Shown in pieces: positions 12,756-28,593 of a stretch of DNA of 64,000 bases. The notes below the pieces were generated by a model that ran no database searches, was not told the DNA's origin, and saw nothing but the letters and a program-made list of their open reading frames with translations. The DNA lies in the NCBI GenBank assembly GCA_047495785.1, contig JBLDXI010000032.1, positions 1 to 64,000 on the forward strand, read 5' to 3'. Position 1 is the first letter of the stretch; each line of letters opens with the position of its first letter. Source of the stretch: Lepidodermella squamata (taxonomy: Eukaryota; Animalia; Gastrotricha). Position numbers and translations under genes: made by a program.

Positions 12756-13334
12756 CACATTATTAGCCGACAGCCAATTATTATCCTTTAGTTTCGTCAT
12801 AAAACTGTGAAATTGTAAAATTAATTCACCGTTAAAATTAAGGTATCAGCACTCAATTTTTTTATAATGCTCGGGATTTTGGACATTTTGAGTCCAGAAA
12901 ATTTAAAAAAATTCCGAAAATTTTCTAGATATCGCCGAAATCACAAATTATTTGAAATTCCGAATTTTTTACATTTTTTCTGAATTTCAACAAATTTTCC
13001 AAATTATGTTTTGTGGGCTCTCAACAGAGACTCTAATAGGGCTTTGAATTCAGTGCTGAAAACCGTAATTTAGCCGATAATTAACTCGATATATATGCCT
13101 GTCTGCACGATATTAAACAAATTAAGAATTAATTACTTAATTGCAACGAATAAAAGACTCAGTTTACTAAATTTGGCTAGTTTCCTTAATCTTTTCTGAT
13201 TTTTACGGTTTTTTATTTGAGCTCTTCAAACTTTTTCACATGCTCTTAAATTTTCCCAGCCAGTATGATTTCTCTGTTCCATTTTACTGATTTTTCGATA
13301 TTTTTTGTACATTAAAATTTGTAATTAGGCTATT

Positions 13335-14687
13335 TTAGTTTCTCGAAACGGGTGTGGATTGTGATGTAAGATCGTCGTCATCGCCAACATCGCGCACTTC
13401 ACGAGCGGCCCGGCGCCGTTCGATGCGCGTCGCCGCCATTATTTCGGTTTTTTGCCGCCTCAATCTCGCTTCAATCTCAACTAACACCCGTGCGTTATCG
13501 TCCTGCTCGTCGAACGGGCCGGGTAATTGAAGCTCGGTCGCAACTTTCTCCAAGTACCGAGAGTACGGAGTGCGAGGTCGAGGATAGCGCTAGAAAAATT
13601 ATTAAAAAAAATTCTAAAAAATTGATTAAATAATATGATAATTTTTACCGTATAAGAGACGTCTTCGAGATGTGGGAAAGGCTTTGGTTGTTTTTTCGGG
13701 AGGTAATTTCGCTTGACCCACTTTGGCTCGTGAAAAATCTGAGTGCTGAACCAAGTTTGGCCTTCGTTAAGAAAATCTCGAAACGCCACCGCATCAACCG
13801 GGAAATGAACTGCAAAAATAGAAAAAATCGAATAAAAATTTAAATAAATCTCCAATTTGAAATTAAAATTAATTTTTTTTTAATTTAAATACATTTAAAA
13901 TTTTAAATATTGATTTGAATTTTTGAATTTTTTCTTATGCTGCCAACTTACAATAATCGAGGCGATCAGTGCGAAATTTGATGTCATCAACCGGGTGCCG
14001 ATCGACAATCAAAGGATCGTAAGGGTTAGGCTTCGGCGTAGTCGGCCTAGGCACGTACGGCTTCAAACCAGTATAAGGACCTAGGGTGCCCGCATTCTCG
14101 CGAACACCCCGAACATGCTCGTCGTGAATGAAAACCTTCCGAAACCGAGTTTTAAATTCATTCATCTTCGCCCGTTCCTCCTCGGCTTCGTTAAAGTCGT
14201 GGACACTCTTCAAGTCCTGGATCGACGATAGCTTCTTAGCCACAGGGCCGTTAGCTGGAATAGGGAGTCGTAACAACGCAATTTCCTGAGCTTCAAATCT
14301 AGGACTCTCGAATTTTTCAATTTTCGGCCCCGACCTAGCCGCATTTGCTGGGCCAGGTGCTTCAGCGGCCACACTCGCTTGGTCACCCTGTTGGGCCGCT
14401 AGCAACATAGGCCGTCGTCTCAGGAAGTTGTACCGCCGAACTGTTTGTATAGGGTCGTAGGCGTGGATGTTGTAGTCGGGCTCGTTGTTGAGGCGATTCC
14501 GGCGCTGGTGGTCGCCGCTTAGCTTCGAACAGGCGGCTTTCAAGCACGGGACACTCGCCGCGAATGGGTTGGTCTTACTACGGCGTAGTTGATGCTCGCT
14601 AGCTGCTCGAAATTTGTCTTGTGCTTGAAAATCGACTACAACACCTGGACCCGCCTCGCCACTACTCGCCGCTGAGACCAGCGTCAT
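13335..14687 (-). CDS. Hypothetical protein, probably 3 exons
   Basis: Long GC-richer ORF from ATG 14687 to a GTAAGT donor near 13950, plus coding-like blocks at about 13810-13650 and 13589-13335 separated by AT-rich introns. No domain recognised. Confidence 0.65.
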
Positions 14688-15517
14688 TTTTCGGTCTAAA
14701 AAAAGCGACATAATTTTTCAGAAATAAAGACAAGCAATTTTGCGATAAAAAAATGTAATATGAGCTTCATAGGAAAAATCGAGTTGGAGAGCAGGATGGT
14801 TGAAGTAGTGTTCAAATCGAATTCGAAGTATTATAGGGTGGCTATAGTGTTTTTTCTCCTGATTAGGTATTTTTTTGTTCGCAGACTCTCGTCGCCGTAT
14901 CGCAGCAACGTCGCGCACTTTTCAATATCTATAAGCGAGCTGAATGCCCATGGGGGTTCATTCAACGACGGTTCATGAAGCTTTCATATGCACCCTTTTA
15001 TCTCACTGTTTTTTTTACTTCGAGTATTTTCTCATTCAACATTCGTGTTTTGGTCACCTTGCGTATTTATAGATTCATTCCGAAAGGAGATAAATTGATA
15101 AGGAGCTCTTATCCTGGATTGAACGGAACGATTTTTTATATAAAACTAGAACAAGACGCGTTAAGAAAAAGAATGGGACATTTAAAGACTTGCCAGAAAA
15201 TGAAACCTTCCTAATTTTCGAATTTTCGAATTTTCGAATCTATTCAGCTTACTATGCATCCAGCGTTACGATTCAGCCTTATTTTAGCATCCTGGATCCT
15301 GGAACCAGAGAATTGTCTCGCGTCATCTGTGACGTACATAATAATTTTCGCGCGTGTTCGCAGGCCATCTTAATAAAATGTTTACTAAGATTGCCGCGAA
15401 TTAAATTACAGCCGAGCAATATGGCACCTGTCACCACGTGCGTTGAGATGGGTGTTCCACTTTAAAGTAGTAAGGGACGAGTCATTAGCAGTTTTCGCTC
15501 ATCGTAAATAAGTCATC

Positions 15518-17819
15518 ATGTTTTCGAAAATTGCCTTCTCCTTGCTCAGCGTCGTTGTTATTTGCAGCCAGTCAAGCTTTCAAGTGAGTTTGAAATTTCT
15601 TAAAAATATTACCAGCCTTTAAAAATGTTGAATTCGCCAAGCATCAAGTAATAAGTTACAATGCGAAGTTACAATGAAATCACATGGCTTCATTTAAAAT
15701 TTTAGTCGAAATAAATTTTTTTCCCCAATAATTACCAACATTCGTCCTTGACGGCACCCCAAACATCATTTCAAATGTCCTGGATTCCCAATTGCAACAT
15801 ACTTCAAAGAAACAGGCTTAGAATCCATTGGTTTGGGAAAATTTGGGAGCAACTGTTGGTTTTTTTTATTTTTGCTTCGAATTCTTTTGATATCGAGTTG
15901 TTTGAATTCCAACAGTATTTTTGTTACTTATTTTGAAAAAATGCTATACTTCGAGGTTTCTAAGGTAATTGTAATGAAAAATCAAACCTTGTTATCAAAC
16001 CTATTTAAAAATCAGAATATCTTTTAGCGGAACCAAATTTGCCTATTACGGAACATAATTTTAGATGAGAAAATGGTCACTTTTCGAATATTTCTACGAA
16101 ATTGGGGCAATGTCTGAATTCTATAGCGATGAACGCGTCTTACACAGAATTTCAGGCTGAATTTAAAGATGATTTATTTGGAATTTGGCTGATCAATCAT
16201 GTCATCCTGAAAAGGTTCGAAAAGTGGTTTCAGGCACATTGAAAATTCCAAAATTTGGTTCCGCTAAAAGTAAGACCCTTTAAAAATCTTGATTTTCTCG
16301 ATCAACGTAATCATTGATTCCTACATTTTGACTTCAGACATGCGACTTGCCGTTAGTTACCGGAGGCGAAGTCTTTGTGGCGCCTCAAAAGCCTGGAATA
16401 TTAACATGGCCACCAGCCAACGGTCGGAAAACCTTTCTCACTCGTCAGAAAGTCAAAGTGATCTGTTCAGATTTTGAGCTCGAAAGCGTAGTGGCTGAAT
16501 GCTTGCAAAGCGGTTCGTGGTCAATTGATCTATCAAACGCCTGCTTGAAAACTGAATGCGACTCATCCACAACGTCTACAGCTACAACTGCATTGAATCG
16601 AATTGAATTCGAGAATCAGAACCCTGAGACTGACGTTTCAACTATCGAATTGCCGACAACTAGAGTAGACCCGGACAAACTCGCCAAGGACAGCTCCAAA
16701 ATCGCCGCTGAGTTCGGCAAGATCAACCCGAACTACATTACACGAGACCTTGAGTCATTTGGATCAGCATTCTTCAAATCACTTTGCGAATCGGTCGGTT
16801 ACAGGGTTTTGGGCGGCGAACTATGCCGAAAAGCAAAACCGTGCTCTGGATACCCGTCCAACATCGAAAACGGCTACATCGCTGGCGACCACATCGAGCC
16901 GCTTCTCAAGTGCAACAACGGGTTCTCTTTGGTCGGTTCGGAAAAGCTCGACTGCCCGTTCGGCTTCGGGAGGTGGGAACTAGCCGGATCCTGTGAACCC
17001 TCTGCAAATGTCGTAGTTAAACAGCGCGAACTTATCGAAGCGGCCGGGCTCGAAAACGGCGCTGAAAATCTTGAAAAATTGCTGGCTCAAGGCTACAACG
17101 TCAATTGGCAAGATGCCAAAGCTGCGGAAGCTTGCGATACCGGCTTGTTCAGCAACCAATCCGCGTTATTCCGAGCTTTGGCCTGTAAGCAATTGGATAA
17201 TTTCAAGCTTCTACTGAAGAAAGGCGCGAATCCGAATGTCAGCGTGGTTAAAATTGTCGAGTCTGGGCTCTTGCGAATGGATTGCCTCAACTTTGCGGTG
17301 ATGAGCGACGTTGACGTCGAGTTTGTCGAAGTGCTGCTCAAAAATGATGCTGATGTTAACGCCACCATCAGGCTCGATTTCGACGATGAAGTGCAGTTCA
17401 ATCCACTGATGCTAGCAGCTAGATTCGGGCGAAGTGAATTGGTTGAAAAGTTCATCAATTCCTACAACGTCTATGACGCTTGGTTCCAGACACTTAGCGG
17501 GTCGATTTCAGAGCGGCAACGAGTTGTTACCTTGATGATGTTTCAAAAATACTCAAATGAACCTGTCAAATGGTCGACGAGGAATAGCAAGTCCGCTCTG
17601 GTCATTGCAGCTGAAAAGAATCTCGCTTCAGTATTTAAATATCTCGCAAAGTGTGACGAAATCGAAGATCACGTCGAGCAGTTCAAGATGGCGCTTGATG
17701 TGGCTAAACGGAACAAGTTTAACGAGACACTCAGGGAGTTCAAGAAGCTGTGCAACGACTTCTCTTGCTTTGAAATGCGAGCTGCTAATGCTGTTGTTTG
17801 CTCAGAATTTTTGTTGTGA
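15518..17819 (+). CDS. Secreted protein: signal peptide, 2 CCP(sushi) domains, ankyrin repeats
   Basis: Exon 1 15518-15583 MFSKIAFSLLSVVVICSQSSFQ|GTGAGT; acceptor TTCAG at 16337 is in frame (TCDLPLV..). Two CCPs, then ankyrin motifs (SALFRA..LLKKGANPN; CLNFAV..LLKNDADVNA; NPLMLAARFG; SALVIAAEKN). No TM segment. Confidence 0.85.
16021..16270. repeat. Intronic inverted-repeat (MITE-like) segment
   Basis: 20-bp perfect inverted repeat CTTTTAGCGGAACCAAATTT at 16021-16040 and 16251-16270; part of the motif recurs near 59246. Confidence 0.55.
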
Positions 17820-18607
17820 TTTGTTCGCCGGTGTTATAGGTTTTGTTATTGTCGTTTAATCTCTCATGATTTTCTTAATTTTCTTTTGCTTATATATATA
17901 AAATTACACACCGCTAAACTTCAGAATCAACTGAAAACATTGAGGCAAAATGTGTAATAAAGATGGGTGTTTCTTAACAATGACTCTTTCTCGGTCTTCA
18001 AACTTATATAGAAGGATCCGAACAAGACTTTGAATTTTCGAGGCTGATCAAGGATGAAATCGGAAACAAATGCTTTCAGCAAATCAGGCGAGTTTCCTCT
18101 TTCGAAGGGATGAATTCAAGTGACAAAATTCCACGAAATGACTGAATGGCGTGCACTTGAATAACTTTAACCTACAATTCTTGGACACAAGGAAGCTGCG
18201 GCTCACACCACGCGATGTGTATTCTGCTGTTGTGCAGTATTTGGTCAACCATGACAACAATTTTCGAAACAAGCTGCGTTTTTCGCACTTTAATTTATTC
18301 AGGAAAATACAAGCCAGCGAGAAAAATTATTCAATTTGCACATTTGCATGCGAGGCATCACCACACCTTTGGTACGGCACCTTGCTGCAATACATGGGCA
18401 AAGGAAAAGTAGAACTGTTGCTCCGATCAAAAACTATTGACGGAAACAATCGATTCCAAAAAGCGTAAAATGAAGGAAAACACTGCAAGTCAGGAATTTT
18501 GCAAACGCTGCGCGTGACCGAAAAATCACGCAGTACAACCAGGGGCGATGCAAGCTGATAAATTAAACACGATCAACTGCACGCTAGAAATCTGATTAAC
18601 TCAAGCT

Positions 18608-21937
<3,330 letters not shown>

Positions 21938-22781
21938 ATTTTCTTTTGGTTCCACAGTGTGCGAGATTAGCATTACTTGCGTGTAACTTTATGATAAACG
22001 AGCTCATCTTTTTATTGATGGACCCCCGTCAGCAACACGAATCAATTCGCCTCGCAGTTCGTCTGGATCAATACCGCAACAACGGGCTGGCGTGATTTTC
22101 ATATTTACCAAGGTGTAAGCCATTGATCAGTCGCCAGCACCCTGACTGACTGAGGACTGAGAAATCATACACCTTTTCTTTCAGTTTATGAACTTGGAAG
22201 AAAACAAACTTGAAACAAAAATTAAGACTGTGCCATCAATATGACTCAAACTTTCGCTACCTGGCCACCTGCAAGTCGCGGGTGAACGGCCCGGTGAGCT
22301 GGCGGCGATGATCGCCTTCATCGACAAAGCCGCATGTGTGGCAAGAGTCACCCACTAGCGTCACCGGCCTTCGTCGCCATTGGACTCTTTCGGCCACGGT
22401 AGATGGTAGAACTACACAAATCAACGTCGCCTGAGACGAGCCGACCGCAGCTTCATCCCTGATTTTCGCCGTTGTTGCCATGAGCAAGAATGGCACCAGT
22501 AGTTCAATTGATAGCTGTGTTAAACCGAAATTTTACTAAATACACCATCAAATTCAACCTGGAAAACTCTTATACTCGTATAATCTCGGACGAAAGCAAT
22601 TCCAGGACCAACAAAATCTCTCCCTCATTGTTATCCCTCTTTATTTTGCAATAATTCCTGAAATAGATAAAAAAAAAGCAGCCTTGTTTTAATGAGAATG
22701 TTTTATTAGCATTTGTCAAAATTATGCATGACGGCGTGAATCACTATTCAATAATGTTAGCAATCAATTTTACAATATAAC

Positions 22782-23192
22782 CATAGAGAAAAAAATGACC
22801 AGAGTAAGCACTCAAGCTAAAATATTGATCTCCACTATTATAGAAGTGCGTTCTCAAAACGGCTATCTCCGTTTTCTACCAAATTTTGCATGCCTATATA
22901 GAACGCGAGCTGCTCTTTCACGTGGTATAAGATTTGAGGTGGGCAATTGCTGCTCAGTCTTGATATCATCAAAATAAGTAAAACCATAGTGAAAACGAGG
23001 TTTTTGTATCGTAACAACGGTTGGGTTGCCTACCTCAAATCTTATACCACGTGAAAGAGCAGCTCGCGTTCTATAGGCATGCACAATTTGATAGAAAACG
23101 GAGATATCCGTTTTGAGAAAGTCAACTTTGAATTAAAATGAGGATTTAGAAATTTTAGCTTGAGTGCTTTCTCTGGTCATTTTTTCTCTATG
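22782..23192. mobile_element. Long-palindrome MITE, P-element/hAT-like
   Basis: About 165-bp imperfect TIRs starting CATAGAG; 8-bp TSD AATATAAC at 22774-22781 and 23193-23200. Confidence 0.88.
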
Positions 23193-23284
23193 AATATAAC
23201 ACAATAACACGAATAAATTAAGCTTGAAGCTCGAACATAATTTCAGATAAAAAAAATTTTAGTATGCGTCTAAAATTTCGTTGT

Positions 23285-23427
23285 TTACACTGAAAAAGCA
23301 TGGGCAATAGCGTCGACGAATGAATCGATTTGCCCAGCAAGTTGTCCACGGATTGAATTCAAGAAAGCCAGAGCTTTTTGTTCGATGAGTTCCCATTCAT
23401 CGCGGCTCGATGCAAATGTTTTACGAA
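23285..23427 (-). pseudogene. VWA5A-like C-terminal fragment (copy 1, left of the Mutator insertion)
   Basis: ..SRDEWELIEQKALAFLNS.. closely matches 60412-60553; continues at 39577. Confidence 0.8.
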
Positions 23428-26383
23428 GCACATTTTCAGGCCCGCCTATGTTACGGCTCTACGCGCATTCTCATTGGCCCAGTGTTTCAACCAATGCGCT
23501 AGCGCGCTTATTACGCTGATTGCGCATTGTTATGATGACCGCGCGCGCACACACAACTTTCGCGCTTTTGTAATATTTACACACAACTTCAAGACAGCAC
23601 GAGAGGCGCCATTTTATTTCAGTCAAAATTCGCATTCGCATCAAGTTGAAAATCATTCATTAATAACTAAGCGCTTAGTAGTATCGAAGATGAGTGTAAA
23701 ATCAATTAAAACACATGCGAGAGCTAAAACACACAAAATCAAAAAACAGAAAATTTGAATTCAAGTAAACACACACAATTTTGATACAGCAATTTTATTA
23801 AGAGTTGAGAGCGCAATGGTTTTATTTTATTTCGCTGAATTAATTCCCAATTTTTCGCGGAAATTACGGGGTCGTATAGCATAATTCTTTGGTGCCCGGT
23901 ATCCGATGGGCTTTCTGCCGGCCCTCTGAGGGCGGGAGCCGCCGACATTGTAAAGGCGCCGGCCAACAGCCGTGCTTTGAGTGCGAATCAAGGCGCCGCG
24001 ATTGTGGCCCGTCGTCTTCGACAGGCACTTGGCCAGCCAGGATTCAGTTGAAAGCGGTCCATTTTCGGCAACAGTAACCCAACGCTGACTGAACCGGTCA
24101 ACTTGGCGTAAAAGGCCCTTATTACAGCCGTTGCGTTTCATCAGATCCTCAATTTTGCAGCACGCAGCCTTGAATCGGTCAAGCGAGGCCGCTAGGTCGA
24201 GTTCATCGTTACCAAGACAGCTGGCATCGCCTTCGTCCGGCGCCATGTCTTCGGCAATTTAATCGGAAGGGGAACTTTCGCTGCCAGTAATAATGCACGG
24301 CGGGGGTGAGCGACATGTGATGAAGCCACTAGCGGTTTGATCATCGTTATTGCTATTTATGAGTTCGGTTAAACCCAGAAAATATTGGTCTTCGTACTCG
24401 ACCCCAGTAGCAATGAAAGCCAACAGTTTCTTGACATCGACAGTGGCGATAACAAGCCGACTGGGCGGCAACGGAACGTTACTCACAGCCGCAACATCAA
24501 CCTAAAAAGTCGCAAAATTAAATTCCCAAAATGTTCGCCACAATAAAATTATAAATTTAGCCAATCTACCTTAATCTGATTAGATGAATTTGGGGACAAA
24601 TTTTACCTGATTCGTGAAAAATTAATAAATATTGTTATTCAATTTTCGAATTTTTTAATTCATTTAAATCAATTTTCCAAATATTAAAAAATCCTCCATG
24701 TTTGCAAAAAAATTATTTAAAATAAATGTTTACCAAGTGCTTGCAAAACCGGCCTTTGCTTCCGTAAGGGCAAGTGCATAGCCATGCAGATAGATTCACT
24801 GTGTAGATGGCGCCTTTTTCAGTCTTGATCTCGAAGACAGTGTTGTTGCTGCTTGTCTCCAATATTTCGGCGATGCCAGCATCCTTGTAACGGAGCCATT
24901 CCGTTTTTAAATCTTGCCGACCATTGGCGATTTCTAACAATTTTTTCGAATAAAAATCGTCGAATTTTTGGGCTAAGAAGTTCGCCAAGGCCGGTGGGTT
25001 GAATGCGCGGACGCGGCACAAAATCACATCCTTGAGTATTCCCACACACCTGAAAATGAAATTAAAAATTGAAAAAATAGGCGTCTTCTTTTTCTCAAGT
25101 AGCTTGATCTTAATTGGCAATTAATGCAACAATATAAGTATGCCAGTTGAGGCTGAAAATTAAGCAAATTTGACCTACCTTTCGACGACATTGTTAGTCA
25201 TGTGTCCATGGGAGTAGGCATTACGAAAAGCGGCGACAAACAGGCGAGACCTCTGAAGTAGGCAAAGTACGTGTAAGCGCCAGTTGATATATTTCGAAGT
25301 GAGCGGCGAATCCAGTAGAGCGCGGCGCGCTGTTTCGTATTCGTCTTGCGTTTGAGAAAAAACTAGATTCTGGAAAACTGAGAAAAAAGATATTTCCTGA
25401 CATTCTCATGAGTTCATACATACGCTGCAACAACTCGGGAGCATCTTCTGACGAAATCTTGTGCTTTTTTTCAACTAGCCAACGCCAGAGCGCTTGTAAA
25501 ATGTGAAAGGCACAAAATAGGATTGTAGCATTGACGAAAACTGATTTCAAAGCTTCTCGCTCGGCGTCGCTGTCGTCCGTTAGAAATAATTTCGGTTCGA
25601 TGCCATTCAATGCGCGCTTGAAGGTGCTGAAGGCCAATCTACAATTTCATTATTATTCATTAAGGTAGACCACATTTTTTTATGAAAATTTTATAATGGA
25701 GAGGCGCTAAATATATTTAGGTGGATTTTTCGGGGCAGCATGAGGCAAAAAAAATTCTGCTTCAAATTTTTCCTCCCGAATTTTTCTACTATTATTTACC
25801 AATTTTTTTTTTAATTTTATACATCCATTAAAATTTTAAAAAATTCTCTTATTGAATTCGTGTAACGACATTTCAGAAATTTTGCTCTTAAATGTCGCGA
25901 CAATTCAGAACACGACACTTCCGAAAATTAATTAATGATTTTTCTGAGCGTCATTTCAGAACACGAGGCGTCATTTCAGAATGAAAAACTCAGAAAACTC
26001 CTTGGAAATAATTATTCGGAAAACTCAGAAAACTCAGAAAAATATAATAATTAACTCAGAAAACTCAGAATAATTTTATTCGAGTTTCTGACTGCTGAGG
26101 TCTGACTCTGACCAGCTCTGACGCGGTGAATCGAGCGCCTAATTATGGACATTCGAAACTGTCCAAATCAGAGACCCAGCATGATTTCGGACGTCCGTAA
26201 CAGGGATGTCCGGATTCAAGTCGTGTCCAAACTCAGAGCCCACACGCCATTTTCTTTTCAGCAACATTATGTGACCACTTTAAAGGCGGGAAAAAAGCCT
26301 TTCTCCTATTGGTTCATTCAAATAAACGCGGGTGATTCAAACTGTATTTTTTATTCAAAATAAGAGCTGTTTTTTGCCTCGAG

Positions 26384-27094
26384 ATGCACGTGCGTAATAA
26401 TCAATAAAAAATCGTAAGGATTGGAAAAATCGATGGAAGCAACACATGAAAGACAAAGATATTATCTACTTGAGTGATACGCACCATGTGAAGCGCATTA
26501 TTAAGTAAGTTTAACAATAACGGAGGCACAACGCGAGAAAACCGATATCACAGGTTATATCCAGGCATTCTAGTATAAAAACAACAAAGAAACTCAACCA
26601 CACATAATTTTCAGAAGTAGCAGAAATTTTCACGGAACTGTTAGTTGAAATCCCTCAAATTTTATATAATTTTATATCATTTTATTGCCAAGTCATCAGG
26701 CTTACGGCCGATTATCATTCAAGTCGAGGTAAATGTCATAATCTGAATTTTTGATGAGCAAACTGACACTGTGTCACTACAAAAACTGAACATTGAAAGC
26801 TAGACGCCAGTCAGTAAGTCGGTGCACTACGAAATAATGGACCTGAGAGATAAATTAATCATCAAGTGAGATTTGATATAAAATGCAGATCTCTGCGCAT
26901 TTAGATAATCCTCTAATCATTTCAGACGCTCCGCCAGAAAACAGCCAGAGTATTCATTGTTTTTGATTTTTTACTTCTCTTCTAATAGATACTCTAATAC
27001 CGTAATTACTATATTCGGAAAAAATTCCTCAATTTTATATTTCAAAAATTCATATCGTTTCTAACTATCGTTTATATAGCTGTTTCTAAAATAA
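26384..27094 (+). CDS. Putative 9-micro-exon gene (~83 aa) inside the RAG1-like element
   Basis: Hand-built GT-AG model, introns 39-78 nt, phases consistent, AATAAA at 27102. Not in the ORF track; some donors are weak. Confidence 0.4.
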
Positions 27095-27191
27095 TGTCTC
27101 AAATAAAAATGAATATTTTGGCTGTTCTCCGGCAGAACGTCTCAAATTAGGTGGAAATAATTAAAATTAAATTGTCTTTTGACCGAATAAA

Positions 27192-27980
27192 TCAGCGCCT
27201 GCGGCGGGTGGCGTCAGGTACGCGACGTTCGCGGCGGTAGGCCGTCAGCTTCGTTAGTACCGCGGAATGCGAACGGGTTCCGAAGCACCGCCAAAAATCA
27301 AAATCGTCTTCAAGGGCGAAGTCGTCGATCGACTCGAACGAGATGGCATCATGCTCGCCGAGCCAGTCGAGGTAGCGATCGAACGCCGTGTATTCTGCGT
27401 CGCTGTAACGTGTTCCAGGTGCGGGAAGCCCGGATGCCCCTTTTTCGGGCCGCTTCGAACGGCGTGGCGTTGCGGCGTGCTGTTCGTCAGGGAAATGGCG
27501 ACTGGCCGGAGGGGCCGGCTGACGTTGGCTGCTGGCCAGGAGGGCGCTCAAGAAGGCCTGGTATTCCCGGGGCAATACAGGCTGGTTCGGGGGCGAAGTT
27601 GAAGTAGGCGCGGAGCCGGGTGTCGGGGCAGATCCAAGTGGCGGCGCAAACGACACACGCCCAGGTGACTTCAACACCGACTTGACTGGGGATTTGCAGG
27701 TCCTGGTCGAGTTGAAGTCGATCGTCATGTCGATTGCTGCCGGGACGGGCGGGCCAACAGATATCCGCAGCTCCGCCTGGCCGTTGATGGCGTCGACCAG
27801 CTCAGACTCCTCTGTGAGGAGAAAGTCGTCATCGCCGTCCCGGTACGACAGTGAAAAATCGCTGGTGAGGCGAAAACTGGCGCCGATTTTTCCGCGAAGA
27901 GAAACCAGCGAATCAAGTTCGGCCGCCGGAAATATAATAATTTTTGCGACGGAGCCGCAAAAAACTTTTAGCTTGACCAT
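27192..27980 (-). CDS. PB1-like domain, Pro-rich linker and C-terminal Myb/SANT-like HTH (262 aa), intronless
   Basis: VKLKV..FSLSYRDGDDDFLLTEESELVDAI (basic Lys plus acidic OPCA-like motif); RRSKR NLS-like; RYSDAEY..FW..FGTRSHSAVLTK. Confidence 0.75.
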   Translation of the reverse strand: MVKLKVFCGSVAKIIIFPAAELDSLVSLRGKIGASFRLTSDFSLSYRDGDDDFLLTEESELVDAINGQAELRISVGPPVPAAIDMTIDFNSTRTCKSPVKSVLKSPGRVSFAPPLGSAPTPGSAPTSTSPPNQPVLPREYQAFLSALLASSQRQPAPPASRHFPDEQHAATPRRSKRPEKGASGLPAPGTRYSDAEYTAFDRYLDWLGEHDAISFESIDDFALEDDFDFWRCFGTRSHSAVLTKLTAYRRERRVPDATRRRR

Positions 27981-28593
27981 ATTTTGATAAAATAAGGCGA
28001 AATTTCTAAAAAACGGCGAATATTTAAAGAATTGCAATGCAAACTAATTTAAAGATGGATTTAGAGATGATGAAGTAAGTTGAAGAGGTAAGTTAAATTT
28101 GGCGGTAGCGGAAGCGAATACGAACAGCTCCAATTGATTTAGATTCGTCCCTAATTTTTTGATCTATCAACTAACAAATGTTCAGGTACGTTGAAAGAAC
28201 TCACGTGCGATACCATCTGAGAAAAAAAGGATAATCGCTAACTAAAAACTGTCGGTTTAGGCCTGACAAGTCGCCGCAAACATCGCACATTTCTTCGTAG
28301 CTTATAACCATTCGACGGCGGATAGATCCAAATCTAATGCGAGATTTTGTGAAAAATTGATAGATGAGTAAGAAACTACCGAGAAAAATGTCTCATAAAA
28401 CTACGACGCGATGAGATAACTTCAATGCTAGCAGCGCGAGAGTTGTCCACGCGAAATCGTCGAAGCTTTCTACGGCTAGACAGAAACCTACAGAGGGCAA
28501 TTCGGATGTGGCTTATAATGTCGACGTCTTGTGTCATTATCAATAGCAATAAAATTACTAAAATCGATTTTGCGTTTAGGTATCAGGTAAAAT

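Noticed and set aside
25859-26110. CRISPR-like array in the TTCAGAA repeats
   Set aside because: Irregular short repeats without unique spacers, in a eukaryotic transposon arm, with no cas genes.
27192-27980. RAG2-like gene
   Set aside because: No kelch repeats or PHD finger, and the orientation is divergent rather than convergent.
28054-28593. Additional N-terminal coding exons of the RAG1-like transposase
   Set aside because: Splice-like signals are present but the joins tried hit stops; more likely spliced 5' UTR. The N-terminus remains uncertain.
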